Part shown: positions 1 to 10,513 of the stretch, in pieces | Layout: every line of letters starts with the position of its first letter | How positions within the stretch are numbered: the stretch's first letter is position 1 | NCBI GenBank assembly: GCA_038114465.1 | Contig: JAYNQW010000007.1 | Location: 323-64,322, forward strand | Length of the DNA: 64,000 nt | Origin: Rhodospirillaceae bacterium | GTDB lineage: Bacteria > Pseudomonadota > Alphaproteobacteria > Rhodospirillales > CALINB01 | Direction: 5' to 3' | Translations under genes and position numbers: made by a program | The notes under the pieces: generated by a model | Told to the model about the DNA's origin: nothing | Databases searched by the model: none | What the model saw: only the letters and a program-made list of their open reading frames with translations

Positions 1-1167
1 TACGCTGAAGGTTTTCGTAGACGAAATTATGCATCGGTAAACGGTTATTTATTCCAAGATTTGCGCGAGGAAGTTGGGTCTGGTGATTCGCCTATTATTT
101 TTCCTCTTGCTGAGTACAAACATGTTGGCGAAGCTGACCGGTTCGGCGGGCGCACAGAATTCGACGCAAGCCTCATGGCGTTAACACGGACTTCGGGTGT
201 TGATTCACGCCGCATATCGCTCAAAGCAGGCTGGACAGCACCGCAAAAGATCGGGCCTTTAGGAGACGTATATTCATTTTCGACATCCGTCAAAGGAGAT
301 GTCTACTATGTCGACGAAGTCGCTCGCGGGAATAAGGCATTGAGGTATTCGGGCTTTGCCAAACGCATCATTCCCGAGGCCCGTCTTGATTGGCGATTTC
401 CGTTTATTAATAAGAATGCTAAAAGCAACACCCATCAAGTGTTTGAACCAATTGTATCAGCGATTGTCAGTCCCTATGGGAGCAATCCCAATACGATTCC
501 AAACGAAGACAGTAAGGATTTTGTCTTCAATACGACAAACTTATTCAGCAATAACCGGTTTACAGGCCTAGACCGGGTCGAAAGCGGCCCCCGGGTTAAT
601 TATGGTGTGCGCTGGGGTGTGTTTGGAAAATCATCTGGGCAAACAACAGTAACGATCGGCCAAAGTTACCGCTTAAAACGAGACGACACATTCTCCGAAA
701 ATTCCGGCCTTGAAGATAATTTTTCGGACGTCGTCGCACAGGTTCTTACATCGCCGCAAAAATACATTGGCCTTCTTTATCGAACCCGGCTTAGCAAAGA
801 TAACCTGGAGCCACGAGAAACCGAGGTTAATGCAACCATCGGCAACCGCTCATTTAGCTTTGCCTCCACCTATACCTTTCTGGATCAATCAGCAAATACA
901 CAATTTTTCGATCGTGAAGAAGTTACATTCAGCGCCTCTTCTCAGATAACAAAAAACTGGCGTGCAAGCTTTTCCTCGAGGCGCGATCTTAAGGCCAAAC
1001 AGGTCAGATCTCTTGCAGGAAGCGTTGCCTACGAGAATGAATGCTGCGTCCTTTCGGTTAATGCATCAAGAACATTCTTCGAAGACAGGGATTTAAAACC
1101 AACCGATTCCGTTTTTATCCGGTTAATACTTAAAACAATCGGTGAGGTTCAAAACGTTAATCTGTAA
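1..1167 (+). CDS. lptD: LPS-assembly outer membrane protein LptD, C-terminal part (5' end cut by the window edge)
   Basis: The frame is open from base 1 (the listed ORF start at 61 is internal). The sequence is beta-barrel-like with alternating Y/F/G-rich segments. It sits directly upstream of surA-pdxA-rsmA, the classical lptD synteny. Confidence 0.8.
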   Translation, partial: YAEGFRRRNYASVNGYLFQDLREEVGSGDSPIIFPLAEYKHVGEADRFGGRTEFDASLMALTRTSGVDSRRISLKAGWTAPQKIGPLGDVYSFSTSVKGDVYYVDEVARGNKALRYSGFAKRIIPEARLDWRFPFINKNAKSNTHQVFEPIVSAIVSPYGSNPNTIPNEDSKDFVFNTTNLFSNNRFTGLDRVESGPRVNYGVRWGVFGKSSGQTTVTIGQSYRLKRDDTFSENSGLEDNFSDVVAQVLTSPQKYIGLLYRTRLSKDNLEPRETEVNATIGNRSFSFASTYTFLDQSANTQFFDREEVTFSASSQITKNWRASFSSRRDLKAKQVRSLAGSVAYENECCVLSVNASRTFFEDRDLKPTDSVFIRLILKTIGEVQNVNL

Positions 1168-1269
1168 AATTTTTTGCGCCATGTATTTAACGGCTAAAAT
1201 TTCCTCATATATAGATATATACATTTAACTGGATTTAGTCGCAATTTTCCTCAGTTACCTGGATTTTTG

Positions 1270-2553
1270 ATGAACATAAAACTTATCATCACCATTTTGT
1301 TGTTATTGACGGCGATAAATCTGCCCGCTCATGCGCAAAAAAATATGGGCATTGCCGCGGTTGTTAATGACGACATCATTTCCGTCATCGACCTTGAAGC
1401 CCGAATGAATACGGTTCTGTTTACATCTTCCCGAAACCCGTCACCGGAAGAGAAACAGCGTCTGTACCCACAAATTTTACGGGCATTAATTGATGACAAG
1501 CTAAAACTTCAAGAAGCAAAAAAACGTAATATTAAGGTTTCCCAACGCGAAATTGATGAAGCGCTTAATAGGCTTGAACGCTCAAACGGTATATCAAAAG
1601 GAGAATTAAAAAACGTTCTTAAAAGGCAAGGCATCCCGTTATCGTCATTAACAGAACAAATACGTTCGGAAATAGCCTGGAATCGGTTAGCAAACCGGGT
1701 ATTAGGGCCACGCATTCGGGTTTCAGAAAGTGAAGTGAATGAGAGGCTTATTAGTTACCAACAAAACAAGAAAAAACCGGAACATAGATTATCCGAAATC
1801 TTTTTACCGATTGATTCACCGGATCAAGAAAATAAAATTTTAAAGCTTGCGAACCGGCTCCACAGCCAACTCAAAAAAGGTGTCAGCTTCAGTAGTTTGG
1901 CGCGGAATTTCTCCCGGGGAGCATCGTCCAGCCGGGGCGGTTTAATTGGCTGGGTGCGCCAAGGCAGATTGGACAACAAATTACAAACGTCAATCAACGC
2001 AACACCAGAAGGCCAATTTACCACCCCGATCCGTACAGAAATAGGCGTGTTTATCCTCTTTGTCCATAAACGGCGATTGCCAGCCAATAAAGCTCAAGAC
2101 ACAACGCATTCACAAACGCAGGTCACTTTACAGCAGCTTTTTTTCCCGCTTTCCAGCAAAGCGACGCTTGTTGAAAAAGCATCTCAATTAAACTTAGCGA
2201 AGACAATGGCCAGCACTGTATTTAACTGCCAGGATATGGAAAAAGCAGGCAAGGAACTTGGCTCTTCTTTATCGGGAAAACTTGGCACGATGACGATGTC
2301 AAAGCTGCCGCAAAATATTCAAAATGCCATCACCGGTTTGCCTGTAAATAAAGCAAGCGCTCCGATTAAAACATCCGGCGGCATCATTGTATTAATGGTG
2401 TGCAAACGCGTTAAGCCGAAGCTGCCGCCAAAACCCAAACGTAGCGATCGGCAAAAAGTTCATCATTCTATCCTAAACGAGCGCCTACACGCAGCTGCGC
2501 GGCGGTTTTTGCGTGACTTACGGAATGCCGCTTTTATTGATATCAGGTTATGA
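1270..2553 (+). CDS. surA: Periplasmic chaperone / peptidyl-prolyl isomerase SurA
   Basis: N-terminal signal peptide (IITILLLLTAINLPAHA), a SurA N-domain-like region and a parvulin-like segment. Synteny with lptD and pdxA. The stop overlaps the pdxA start (ATGA). Confidence 0.85.
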   Translation: MNIKLIITILLLLTAINLPAHAQKNMGIAAVVNDDIISVIDLEARMNTVLFTSSRNPSPEEKQRLYPQILRALIDDKLKLQEAKKRNIKVSQREIDEALNRLERSNGISKGELKNVLKRQGIPLSSLTEQIRSEIAWNRLANRVLGPRIRVSESEVNERLISYQQNKKKPEHRLSEIFLPIDSPDQENKILKLANRLHSQLKKGVSFSSLARNFSRGASSSRGGLIGWVRQGRLDNKLQTSINATPEGQFTTPIRTEIGVFILFVHKRRLPANKAQDTTHSQTQVTLQQLFFPLSSKATLVEKASQLNLAKTMASTVFNCQDMEKAGKELGSSLSGKLGTMTMSKLPQNIQNAITGLPVNKASAPIKTSGGIIVLMVCKRVKPKLPPKPKRSDRQKVHHSILNERLHAAARRFLRDLRNAAFIDIRL

Positions 2554-3620
2554 GTGCTCAATCGGCCAAGCAGACAATGCCGCAAAACGCTATTGCCGTT
2601 ACGATGGGCGAGCCGGCTGGCATTGGCGGCGAAGTCACTCTCAAGGCTTGGCAAAACCGGGAGCGGTTATCGAGCCCGTTCTTCCTTATTGACGACCCCA
2701 AACGAATTGAACGTTTAACCCAAAATTTTGGCATGAGCGTGCCGATTAAAAGCATCAACACGCCAGAAGAAGCTTTCCAATGTTTTTCCACTCACCTGCC
2801 TGTCTTACCGATCAACAAAAAAATTGATATTAATCTCGGCAAACCGCATATTGCCTATGCAGCCGCTGTCATCAATTCCATTGAAATCGGTGTACGGCTT
2901 GTGACGTCCGGCAAGGCCAGTGCACTAACAACGAATCCCATTCAAAAAGAGATTTTATATCAAGCGGGATTTGAATATCCCGGTCACACAGAATTTTTAG
3001 CTCACTTAGCAAGCATAGAAACACCACCGGTGATGATGCTTGCAAGCCGTGTCTTACGTGTGGTGCCCGTTACGATTCATGAAAGCCTTCTATCGGCCGT
3101 ACAGTCTCTGAATGCAGCGGATATTGTTGAAAAAACGATGATTGCGAATAGTGCATTATGCCGGGATTTCGCCCTCGCAAAGCCCCGTCTTGCCATCGCC
3201 GGTCTCAATCCGCATGCCGGTGAAGGAGGCACTTTAGGAAACGAAGAAATCGATATTATCGCGCCGGCAATTAAACAATTAAAAGTTAAGGGCCTCGATG
3301 TTTTCGGACCTGTCCCGCCTGACACTTTATTTAGCGAGAAAATCCGTGAAACGTATGACGCCGCTATATGTATGTATCACGATCAAGCCTTGATCCCGAT
3401 AAAAACGCTGGACTTTGAGGGGGCTGTGAACGTGACCTGCGGACTGCCGTTCATCCGGACCTCACCCGATCATGGAACGGCTATCGATATCGCCCGCAAG
3501 GGAACCGCATCACCGGAAAGCCTCGTTGCCGCCCTCAACATGGCTGCGGCGATGGCAGCCAACCGCCACCAACAGCACGCGCCTCACACGCAGGGACAAA
3601 ATGGCCTCGTCTCAGCCTGA
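2550..3620 (+). CDS. pdxA: 4-hydroxythreonine-4-phosphate dehydrogenase PdxA
   Basis: PdxA motifs are present: GEPAGIG near the N-terminus, GLNPHAGEGG, MYHDQALIP and TSPDHGTA. Confidence 0.9.
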   Translation: MSAQSAKQTMPQNAIAVTMGEPAGIGGEVTLKAWQNRERLSSPFFLIDDPKRIERLTQNFGMSVPIKSINTPEEAFQCFSTHLPVLPINKKIDINLGKPHIAYAAAVINSIEIGVRLVTSGKASALTTNPIQKEILYQAGFEYPGHTEFLAHLASIETPPVMMLASRVLRVVPVTIHESLLSAVQSLNAADIVEKTMIANSALCRDFALAKPRLAIAGLNPHAGEGGTLGNEEIDIIAPAIKQLKVKGLDVFGPVPPDTLFSEKIRETYDAAICMYHDQALIPIKTLDFEGAVNVTCGLPFIRTSPDHGTAIDIARKGTASPESLVAALNMAAAMAANRHQQHAPHTQGQNGLVSA

Positions 3621-4437
3621 ACTGCCGCCCCTGAGAGAAGTCATTGCCCGGCATAACTTGTCTGCCCGCCATGCCCTCGGGCAACATTATCTTCTCGACA
3701 GCAACATCACAGACCGTATGGTGCGGACAGCAGGCAACCTGACAGGCAACCACGTTATCGAAATTGGCCCCGGTCCCGGCGGATTAACGCGTTCATTACT
3801 TAAGCAGGGAACACGACACGTAACGGCAATCGAACGCGATTCACGATGCATCCCTGCGCTTAAAGAACTACAACAAGTTTATCCGGATCGCTTAACGGTC
3901 ATTGAGGGAGATGCCCTTAAGATTGATCCGGTCGCACTTTGTGCCAAACCGCGGAAAATTATTGCCAATCTGCCCTATAACATAGCAACACCGTTGATCA
4001 TTGGCTGGCTTAGGAATGCGGGTGAATGGGACAGCCTCACATTAATGCTGCAAAAAGAAGTAGCCGAGCGGATAGCCGGCAAACCCAACATGAAAAGTTA
4101 CGGACGCTTATCGGTAATCGTTCAATGGCTTTGTGCGGTAAAACTTGAATTTAATGTCAACAAACAAGCTTTCGTTCCACCACCGAAAGTTATGAGCAGC
4201 GTCATCTCTTTAACGCCGCACAATAAACCGGAATGGCCGGTTACCGCCATTTCTTGGACGGCGCTCGAAACCGTGACCCAGGCGGCATTTGGTCAACGCC
4301 GCAAAATGATACGAAGCAGTTTGAAACCGCTCGGCATTAACCTCGAAGCGCTCGGAATCGACCCAAAAATCAGGGCTGAGAACTTAAGCATCAAAGATTT
4401 TTGCCGCCTCGCAGAGGCGTACGTTGAATCAAATTAA
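3601..4437 (+). CDS. rsmA: 16S rRNA (adenine1518/1519-N6)-dimethyltransferase RsmA/KsgA
   Basis: Contains the SAM-binding motif VIEIGPGPGGLT and the NLPYNI motif. I placed the start at ATG 3601 (MASSQPELPPL...), giving about 278 aa; the longer listed ORF from 3472 would overlap pdxA heavily. Confidence 0.85.
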   Translation: MASSQPELPPLREVIARHNLSARHALGQHYLLDSNITDRMVRTAGNLTGNHVIEIGPGPGGLTRSLLKQGTRHVTAIERDSRCIPALKELQQVYPDRLTVIEGDALKIDPVALCAKPRKIIANLPYNIATPLIIGWLRNAGEWDSLTLMLQKEVAERIAGKPNMKSYGRLSVIVQWLCAVKLEFNVNKQAFVPPPKVMSSVISLTPHNKPEWPVTAISWTALETVTQAAFGQRRKMIRSSLKPLGINLEALGIDPKIRAENLSIKDFCRLAEAYVESN

Positions 4438-4446
4438 ACGATAGCG

Positions 4447-5115
4447 TTATTTCGGTTCACGCATGCATTCAACAAATTCATGCAAACCAATCAAGCGCTC
4501 TCGCTTCATGCGCTCGGCCTCAAGTATCGATTGAACCTGTTCAACGCTCTCATCAATCTCGTGATTGACGATAATATAATCGTATTCAATATAATGGCTC
4601 ATCTCATCAGATGCCTTGGCCATACGCTTACGGACGACATCTTCTGAATCCTGGGCCCGTTCCGTTAATCGCCTTGACAATTCTTCCGTTGAAGGCGGCA
4701 ATACGAAAATACTCACAAGGTCATCGCGCGCGTTCTCCCGTAATTGTTGTGTTCCCTGCCAATCGACATCGAATAAAACGTCATTGCCCGACTTCAAAAT
4801 CTTTTCCACCGGTTCCCGCGGCGTTCCATAATAATTATCGAACACCTTCGCGTGCTCCAGAAATTCGCCTTTTGATACCATACGTTGATATTCTTCTTCG
4901 CTCACGAAGAAATAATCCTTACCGGCAACCTCGCCCGGTCGTGGCGGGCGCGTTGTTGCCGACACCGACATAGCAATTTCAGAATCGCGCCCGAGTAACT
5001 CCCGGGCAATTGTGGTTTTCCCCGCCCCAGACGGTGAAGACATCACCAGCATGAGGCCGCGCCGGCCTAACAATGTTTTCTGCTTTGATTTACTCAATAT
5101 TCTGAACCTGCTCAC
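4447..5115 (-). CDS. gmk: Guanylate kinase
   Basis: P-loop SSPSGAGKTT and guanylate kinase core motifs (YYGT, DVDWQG). The true start may be the internal Met at 5052, because 5115 overlaps the upstream yicC-family gene by 26 nt. Confidence 0.9.
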   Translation of the reverse strand: MSRFRILSKSKQKTLLGRRGLMLVMSSPSGAGKTTIARELLGRDSEIAMSVSATTRPPRPGEVAGKDYFFVSEEEYQRMVSKGEFLEHAKVFDNYYGTPREPVEKILKSGNDVLFDVDWQGTQQLRENARDDLVSIFVLPPSTEELSRRLTERAQDSEDVVRKRMAKASDEMSHYIEYDYIIVNHEIDESVEQVQSILEAERMKRERLIGLHEFVECMREPK

Positions 5116-5980
5116 GCAGTTGATCGATAATTGTTTTTAAATCTAACCCAAGGCGCGTTAATTCAACATCAGTCGATTTTGAACACAGCGTATTCGCTTC
5201 CCGGTTAAACTCTTGGCATAAAAAATCAAATTTACGGCCAATAGCCCCGTCTTCTTTTATCAGCGCCCAAGATGAATCAATATGTGAATTTAACCGGTCG
5301 ATTTCCTCGCGAACATCGACCTTTGTCATCAGCATCGCGGCTTCTTGGGCTAAGCGCTCTTCTGGCAACCCGGGGACCGCATCCATTAAGTCCTGAACTT
5401 GTTCTTTAAGCCTTTTTTTAATGGCTTTCGGTTGCGCAGCGGCTTGTTTCTCGATTTTTTTACATAATTTTTGAATGTCTCTAACCTGCCCCTCGATTGC
5501 ATTGCCTAAACGCTGGCCTTCTTCGGCCCGCATCAATTCCAATGCATCCAAAGCATTAGCAAAGCTTTCTAAGACTTGCCTTTCTAATTCCTTTAGCAGC
5601 GCCGGCGTGCGGTTATCATCAACAGGCTCTATGACACCGCGCAACGAAAGCAAACCGTCGACTCGGGGCGGGCCGATTTCCGGTATCCGTTTTTCTATTT
5701 CAGGAATCAATGAAACGACCTGATCAAGCAAATCAGCGTTAATGCGATATTCCGTCACGGTCTGCAGCCATTGCACCGTTAAATTGACGGAAATATTACC
5801 GCGAAAAAACCGCTTGGCGATTGCATCCCGAATTTTTGTTTCTAAACCTTCAAAACCGGACGGCAGCCGGCACCGAACATCCCGGCCTTTGCCATTGACG
5901 CTCTTGGCTTCCCACGTCCACGAGCAGCTGTCTTCATGCCCCTCGACGCGCGCAAATCCGGTCATACTGTTTATTGGCAT
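5090..5980 (-). CDS. YicC/YloC family stress-induced protein (endoribonuclease family)
   Basis: Characteristic N-terminus (INSMTGFAR) and C-terminal motif (EFNREANTLCSKS ... QLREQVQNIE). Located upstream of gmk, as in many bacteria. Confidence 0.8.
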   Translation of the reverse strand: MPINSMTGFARVEGHEDSCSWTWEAKSVNGKGRDVRCRLPSGFEGLETKIRDAIAKRFFRGNISVNLTVQWLQTVTEYRINADLLDQVVSLIPEIEKRIPEIGPPRVDGLLSLRGVIEPVDDNRTPALLKELERQVLESFANALDALELMRAEEGQRLGNAIEGQVRDIQKLCKKIEKQAAAQPKAIKKRLKEQVQDLMDAVPGLPEERLAQEAAMLMTKVDVREEIDRLNSHIDSSWALIKEDGAIGRKFDFLCQEFNREANTLCSKSTDVELTRLGLDLKTIIDQLREQVQNIE

Positions 5981-6098
5981 AGCGCCCTCTTTGATCATCT
6001 CATGCCGTTATAAACTGCGAATCTCATGGACACCAGAGGGCAGCAGACAAGAAAACGAACCAGTGACCGTAGATACACGACAGACGGGAATATATGGG

Positions 6099-7103
6099 TT
6101 AGTTTTTGATCTTTTGATTGCGCTGCCATTTACGCCAACGCGCAACATTCCGGTTATGCTCCTTCAACGTGCGGGCAAAAGCATGCCCACCCTTGCCGTC
6201 GGCAACGAAATAAAGCGCATCCGTTTTTTCCGGATTCAGCACGGCTCTTAACGATGCTTCGCCCGGATTACAAATTGGCCCCGGCGGTAATTTTTTGTGC
6301 AAATACGTGTTATATGGCGATTCAAAAGCTAGATCCGCACGGGACAAAGGGCGGTCCAGCGTTCGTTGCCCCTGAGTCACGGCATATAACACCGTCGGAT
6401 CCGACTGAAGTGGCATTTTTTTTCGCAGACGATTGATAAATACTCCAGCAATTTTAGCCCGTTCTGGTGCGAGGGCTGTTTCTTTCTCGACGATTGACGC
6501 CAGGATCAAGGCTTCTTGTTGCGACTGTATAGGCAATCCATCTTCGCGCCCCGGCCATAAGCGATTTAGGGTCGTCGACATGTTTTTGCGCATGCGACGG
6601 ATAATCGATTCCCGGCTATCGCCATATGAAAAGTGGTAGGTTTCAGGCAACAGCGTCCCCTCTGCAATCGGCATCAGCTTTAACACACCGCCGGCCAAGC
6701 CTTCGGTACGGTGAAGTAATGTCAGGATCTCTGCCGTACTCAGCCCTTCCGGAATCGTGACTCGGCGAACGACCGTCTTGCCGCTCCGAAGATGTGCAGC
6801 AACATCGCGAGCGCTCATTTTGGCGCTGAATTGAAACTCGCCCGCCTGTAGCCCCTTGCTAATCCTTTGCAGCCGGACACCCACTGTGAAAACCAGAGGG
6901 CTCACAATGATGCCGGAATTCTTAAGTAAGGACGCGATTTGCTCCACGCCGGCACCGCGCGGCACAATAATTGTCTTTGCCGATTTCAACGGTCCGGGTT
7001 GATGGAATTGGGAATAACCCCAAGCATATACACCGGCACCAATAGCCAGCATCAGGGCAAGAAATAAGAAGATGAACCGAAAAAGCTTTTGCGCGACCGT
7101 CAA
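6099..7103 (-). CDS. mltG: Endolytic murein transglycosylase MltG (YceG family)
   Basis: N-terminal TM helix, YceG-like motifs (ILASIVEKET, FINRLRKKMPLQSDPTV, YNTY) and 4-nt overlap with fabF upstream. Confidence 0.85.
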   Translation of the reverse strand: MTVAQKLFRFIFLFLALMLAIGAGVYAWGYSQFHQPGPLKSAKTIIVPRGAGVEQIASLLKNSGIIVSPLVFTVGVRLQRISKGLQAGEFQFSAKMSARDVAAHLRSGKTVVRRVTIPEGLSTAEILTLLHRTEGLAGGVLKLMPIAEGTLLPETYHFSYGDSRESIIRRMRKNMSTTLNRLWPGREDGLPIQSQQEALILASIVEKETALAPERAKIAGVFINRLRKKMPLQSDPTVLYAVTQGQRTLDRPLSRADLAFESPYNTYLHKKLPPGPICNPGEASLRAVLNPEKTDALYFVADGKGGHAFARTLKEHNRNVARWRKWQRNQKIKN

Positions 7104-8362
7104 GCCACCGCCTTAAAAATAAGCGATGCGTTTGTTCCGCCAAAACCAAATGAATTCGATAATGCTGCACGCACTTTTCGTTCTTTCGGCTGGTGCGGTA
7201 CAAGATCAAGGTCACAACTTTCGGACGGGTTGTCCAAATTTAAAGTCGGCGGCACAACGCCATCTCGCAATGCAAGAATTGAAAAGATCGATTCGGCTGC
7301 CCCGGCCGCACCGAGCAGGTGGCCGATGGCGGATTTCGTCGACGACATGGATATATTCCTCGCGGCCTCGCCGAATACACGTTTTACCGCGCCATGTTCA
7401 ATTTCATCGCCAAGCGGCGTCGACGTCCCATGAGCATTCACATAATCTACATCTTCGGGATTCATTTTGGCGCGCTTCAGCGCCATCGACATGCAACGGG
7501 CCGCACCATTGCCATCGGACGCCGGGGCCGTGATATGGTTTGCATCACCCGACATGCCATAACCAATAACCTCGGCATAAATTTTAGCGCCGCGGGCTTT
7601 AGCATGTTCAAGCTCTTCCAAAACCAAAATACCGGCGCCGTCACCCATAACGAAGCCGTCACGATCCCGATCCCACGGCCGGGAGGCTTTTTCCGGTGTA
7701 TCATTAAAGTTCGTCGACAACGCTTTCGCTTGGGCAAACCCAGCGACGCCAAGGCGGCAAATGGCTGCTTCCGCGCCACCGGCTACCATCACATCGGCGT
7801 CTTCCCACATAATTAAACGGGCGGCATCACCGATAGCATGTGCCCCTGATGAACACGCCGTCACTACAGCATGATTCGGGCCTTTAAATTTGTATTTAAT
7901 CGAGACATGCCCAGACACCAGATTAATCAAGCTGGCGGGGATGAAGAACGGGCTGATGCGCCGAATTTTACCGGTTTCTGCTAGGACCGCATTCTTGGCG
8001 ATTTCAGGTAAGCCACCAATGCCGGAACCGATCATTACGCCGGTTCGGCAACGGGCTTCATCGTCTTCGGGCATCCAACCTGAGTCTTCGATTGCCTGCT
8101 GAGCCGCAGCAAGGCCATACACGATAAACGAATCCATCCGGCGCTGTTCTTTAGGCGGCACCCAATCGTCAGCATTAAACAAACCATCTGCCGTTTCACC
8201 TTGGGGCACCTCGCCGGCTATCTTTGCCGGTAAATCGGAAACATCGAATGATTGAATAGAACGAATGCCGGATTCGCTATTTAACAAGCGCTTCCAATTA
8301 TGCTCGACGCCACATCCCAACGATGTTACGAGGCCGAGACCAGTGATGACGACACGCCTCAT
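7100..8362 (-). CDS. fabF: 3-oxoacyl-ACP synthase II
   Basis: Active-site context TACSSG, with the HGTSTP and GHLLGAAG motifs. 420 aa. Part of the fab cluster. Confidence 0.95.
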   Translation of the reverse strand: MRRVVITGLGLVTSLGCGVEHNWKRLLNSESGIRSIQSFDVSDLPAKIAGEVPQGETADGLFNADDWVPPKEQRRMDSFIVYGLAAAQQAIEDSGWMPEDDEARCRTGVMIGSGIGGLPEIAKNAVLAETGKIRRISPFFIPASLINLVSGHVSIKYKFKGPNHAVVTACSSGAHAIGDAARLIMWEDADVMVAGGAEAAICRLGVAGFAQAKALSTNFNDTPEKASRPWDRDRDGFVMGDGAGILVLEELEHAKARGAKIYAEVIGYGMSGDANHITAPASDGNGAARCMSMALKRAKMNPEDVDYVNAHGTSTPLGDEIEHGAVKRVFGEAARNISMSSTKSAIGHLLGAAGAAESIFSILALRDGVVPPTLNLDNPSESCDLDLVPHQPKERKVRAALSNSFGFGGTNASLIFKAVA

Positions 8363-8382
8363 CCTAGTATCCGTGCTCTAAA

Positions 8383-8440
8383 TGAAAACAGGCAAAAGCA
8401 TGAGGCAACCTGCTGGGCTACATCAGCTTTCATGCTGCTC
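8383..8440 (-). terminator. Possible partial terminator/attenuator hairpin between acpP and fabF
   Basis: A 7-bp inverted repeat (agcatga at 8397-8403, tcatgct at 8430-8436) is followed on the minus strand by a U-rich tract. The long loop makes this weak. Confidence 0.3.
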
Positions 8441-8446
8441 ATATAA

Positions 8447-8680
8447 TTACGACTGGGATTGAATAAAATCGATAGCGTCTTTAACGGTGAGGATCTTTTC
8501 TGCGGCATCATCAGGGATTTCGCAGCCAAATTCTTCCTCAAATGCCATCACGAGCTCAACCGTGTCGAGACTGTCAGCCCCGAGATCATCGATAAAACTT
8601 GCATTATCAACAACTTTTCCATCATCGACACCAAGGTGCTCAACGACAATCTTTTTCACGCGTTCGGCGACATCACTCAT
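8447..8680 (-). CDS. acpP: Acyl carrier protein
   Basis: 77 aa with the phosphopantetheine attachment motif [14 protein letters not shown]. Confidence 0.95.
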   Translation of the reverse strand: MSDVAERVKKIVVEHLGVDDGKVVDNASFIDDLGADSLDTVELVMAFEEEFGCEIPDDAAEKILTVKDAIDFIQSQS

Positions 8681-8828
8681 ATTTCATATTCTCCGAATAA
8701 TCTTTTGCTAAGTCCTTATGATCGGATGATCAAATGGTTCAATTTTGACTGACTGAACCGGCATGTTTCCGCTTCCTAACACACTTTTTTGGCCTTGGCC
8801 AGCGCTGTTGAAACAGTAATTAACCCCT

Positions 8829-9566
8829 TTAAATCATTGCCATTCCGCCATTAACGTGAATGGTCTGGCCCGTGACGTAAGCCGCTTCATCGCTGGCCAA
8901 ATAGACGGCGGCACCGGATACGTCTTCGACTTCACCAAGGCGCCCTGCCGGTATACCCCCAAGCAACCGTTCTTTTTGATCATCCGACAGACCATCGGTC
9001 ATCGCCGTGACGATAAAACCCGGCGCAATACAATTGACAGTAATACCACGAGCGGCAACTTCATGGGCTAAAGCTTTGCTCATACCGGTCATGCCCGCTT
9101 TCGAGGCGGCATAATTCGCCTGACCGGGATTTCCCATGGTGCCGACAACAGAAGTTATGGAAATGATTCGCCCCCAACGCGCCTTCATCATCCCGCGCAG
9201 GCAGGCCCGCGACAAACGAAAGGCCGCCGTGAGATTCACATCCAAAACCTGCTGCCAATCCTCGTCTTTCATACGCATCGCTAGCGTGTCACGGGTTAAT
9301 CCGGCGTTGTTAATCAAAATATCGATTCCGCCAAGGGCCGCTTCCGTTTCATCAGCTAAATGCTGAGCCCCATCGGGATCGGAAAGATTGGCAGGCACTA
9401 CCGCGACACGATCTTTCAACTCTGCGGCAACAGCCTGCAACGCCTCTTCGCGGGTTCCGCTTAAGGCAACGGCAGCGCCGCATTCATGTAATGCTTTTGC
9501 TATTGCCCCACCGATACCGCCAGATGCGCCCGTAACGAGGGCGCGCTTTCCCGTTAAATCAAACAA
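8829..9566 (-). CDS. fabG: 3-oxoacyl-ACP reductase FabG
   Basis: SDR with TGASGGIG, NNAG and YAASKAG motifs, positioned between fabD and acpP. Confidence 0.95.
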   Translation of the reverse strand: MFDLTGKRALVTGASGGIGGAIAKALHECGAAVALSGTREEALQAVAAELKDRVAVVPANLSDPDGAQHLADETEAALGGIDILINNAGLTRDTLAMRMKDEDWQQVLDVNLTAAFRLSRACLRGMMKARWGRIISITSVVGTMGNPGQANYAASKAGMTGMSKALAHEVAARGITVNCIAPGFIVTAMTDGLSDDQKERLLGGIPAGRLGEVEDVSGAAVYLASDEAAYVTGQTIHVNGGMAMI

Positions 9567-9577
9567 AGGATGTCTCC

Positions 9578-10513
9578 TTACAAGGTTTTAATAAAGGCTT
9601 CGACGTCATCGGGCGTTCCAACGTTCAAGCTTTTAATATCGCGATCGATACGCTTGGTCATGCCGGACAGCACTTTACCGGCGCCGATTTCAACCATGGT
9701 GTCGACACCGTCTTCTTTCATTTTAAGCACGCCTTCACGCCAGCGCACCCGTTCGGTCACCTGCTCAACCAGTAAATTCCGAATTTCATCCGGTGATTGA
9801 ACAGGTGAAGCGGTGACGTTAGCGACCAACGGCACCACCGGTGCATTCATATTGACACTGGCCAAGGCTTCGGCCATGACATCCGCAGCTGGCGCCATCA
9901 AGGGGCAATGAAACGGTGCACTCACCGGTAAGAGAATGCTCCTTTTCGCCCCACGCCCGGCGGCAAGTTCAACCGCACGCTCGACGGCTTCTTTCGAGCC
10001 GCTGACAACGACCTGCCCAGGCGCATTGTCATTGGCAACCGTGCACACTTCGCCGGCTTCCTCGGCAACAGCAATAGCATCGTCTAAATCAAGTCCCAGC
10101 AAAGCGGCCATTGCACCCTCTCCGACCGGCACGGCCTTTTGCATGGCTTGGCCACGCGTCTTTAATAGCGTTGCCGCCTCGGCTAACGAGAAAGTTCCCG
10201 CGACAGCCAGCGCTGCGTATTCACCCAAGGAATGGCCGGCAATAAAGTTAGCCGCTTCAGAAACATTCAATCCGGCTTCTTTTTCCAAGACTCGGTAAAC
10301 GGCCACGCTAACGGCCATTATCGCCGGCTGAGCATTTTCCGTCAGCGTGAGATCGTCTTCCGGCCCTTCGAACATGATTTTTGTTAGATGCTGATTGAGC
10401 GTATCGTCGACTTCTTCAAAAACCTGCCGGGCCACCGGAGAGGCTTCTGCCAAGGCCTGCCCCATACCGACTTGTTGGGAGGCTTGGCCGGGAAAAATAA
10501 AAGCGCGCGTCAT
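9578..10513 (-). CDS. fabD: Malonyl CoA-ACP transacylase
   Basis: FPGQASQ N-terminus and GHSLGEY active-site serine motif. 311 aa. Confidence 0.95.
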   Translation of the reverse strand: MTRAFIFPGQASQQVGMGQALAEASPVARQVFEEVDDTLNQHLTKIMFEGPEDDLTLTENAQPAIMAVSVAVYRVLEKEAGLNVSEAANFIAGHSLGEYAALAVAGTFSLAEAATLLKTRGQAMQKAVPVGEGAMAALLGLDLDDAIAVAEEAGEVCTVANDNAPGQVVVSGSKEAVERAVELAAGRGAKRSILLPVSAPFHCPLMAPAADVMAEALASVNMNAPVVPLVANVTASPVQSPDEIRNLLVEQVTERVRWREGVLKMKEDGVDTMVEIGAGKVLSGMTKRIDRDIKSLNVGTPDDVEAFIKTL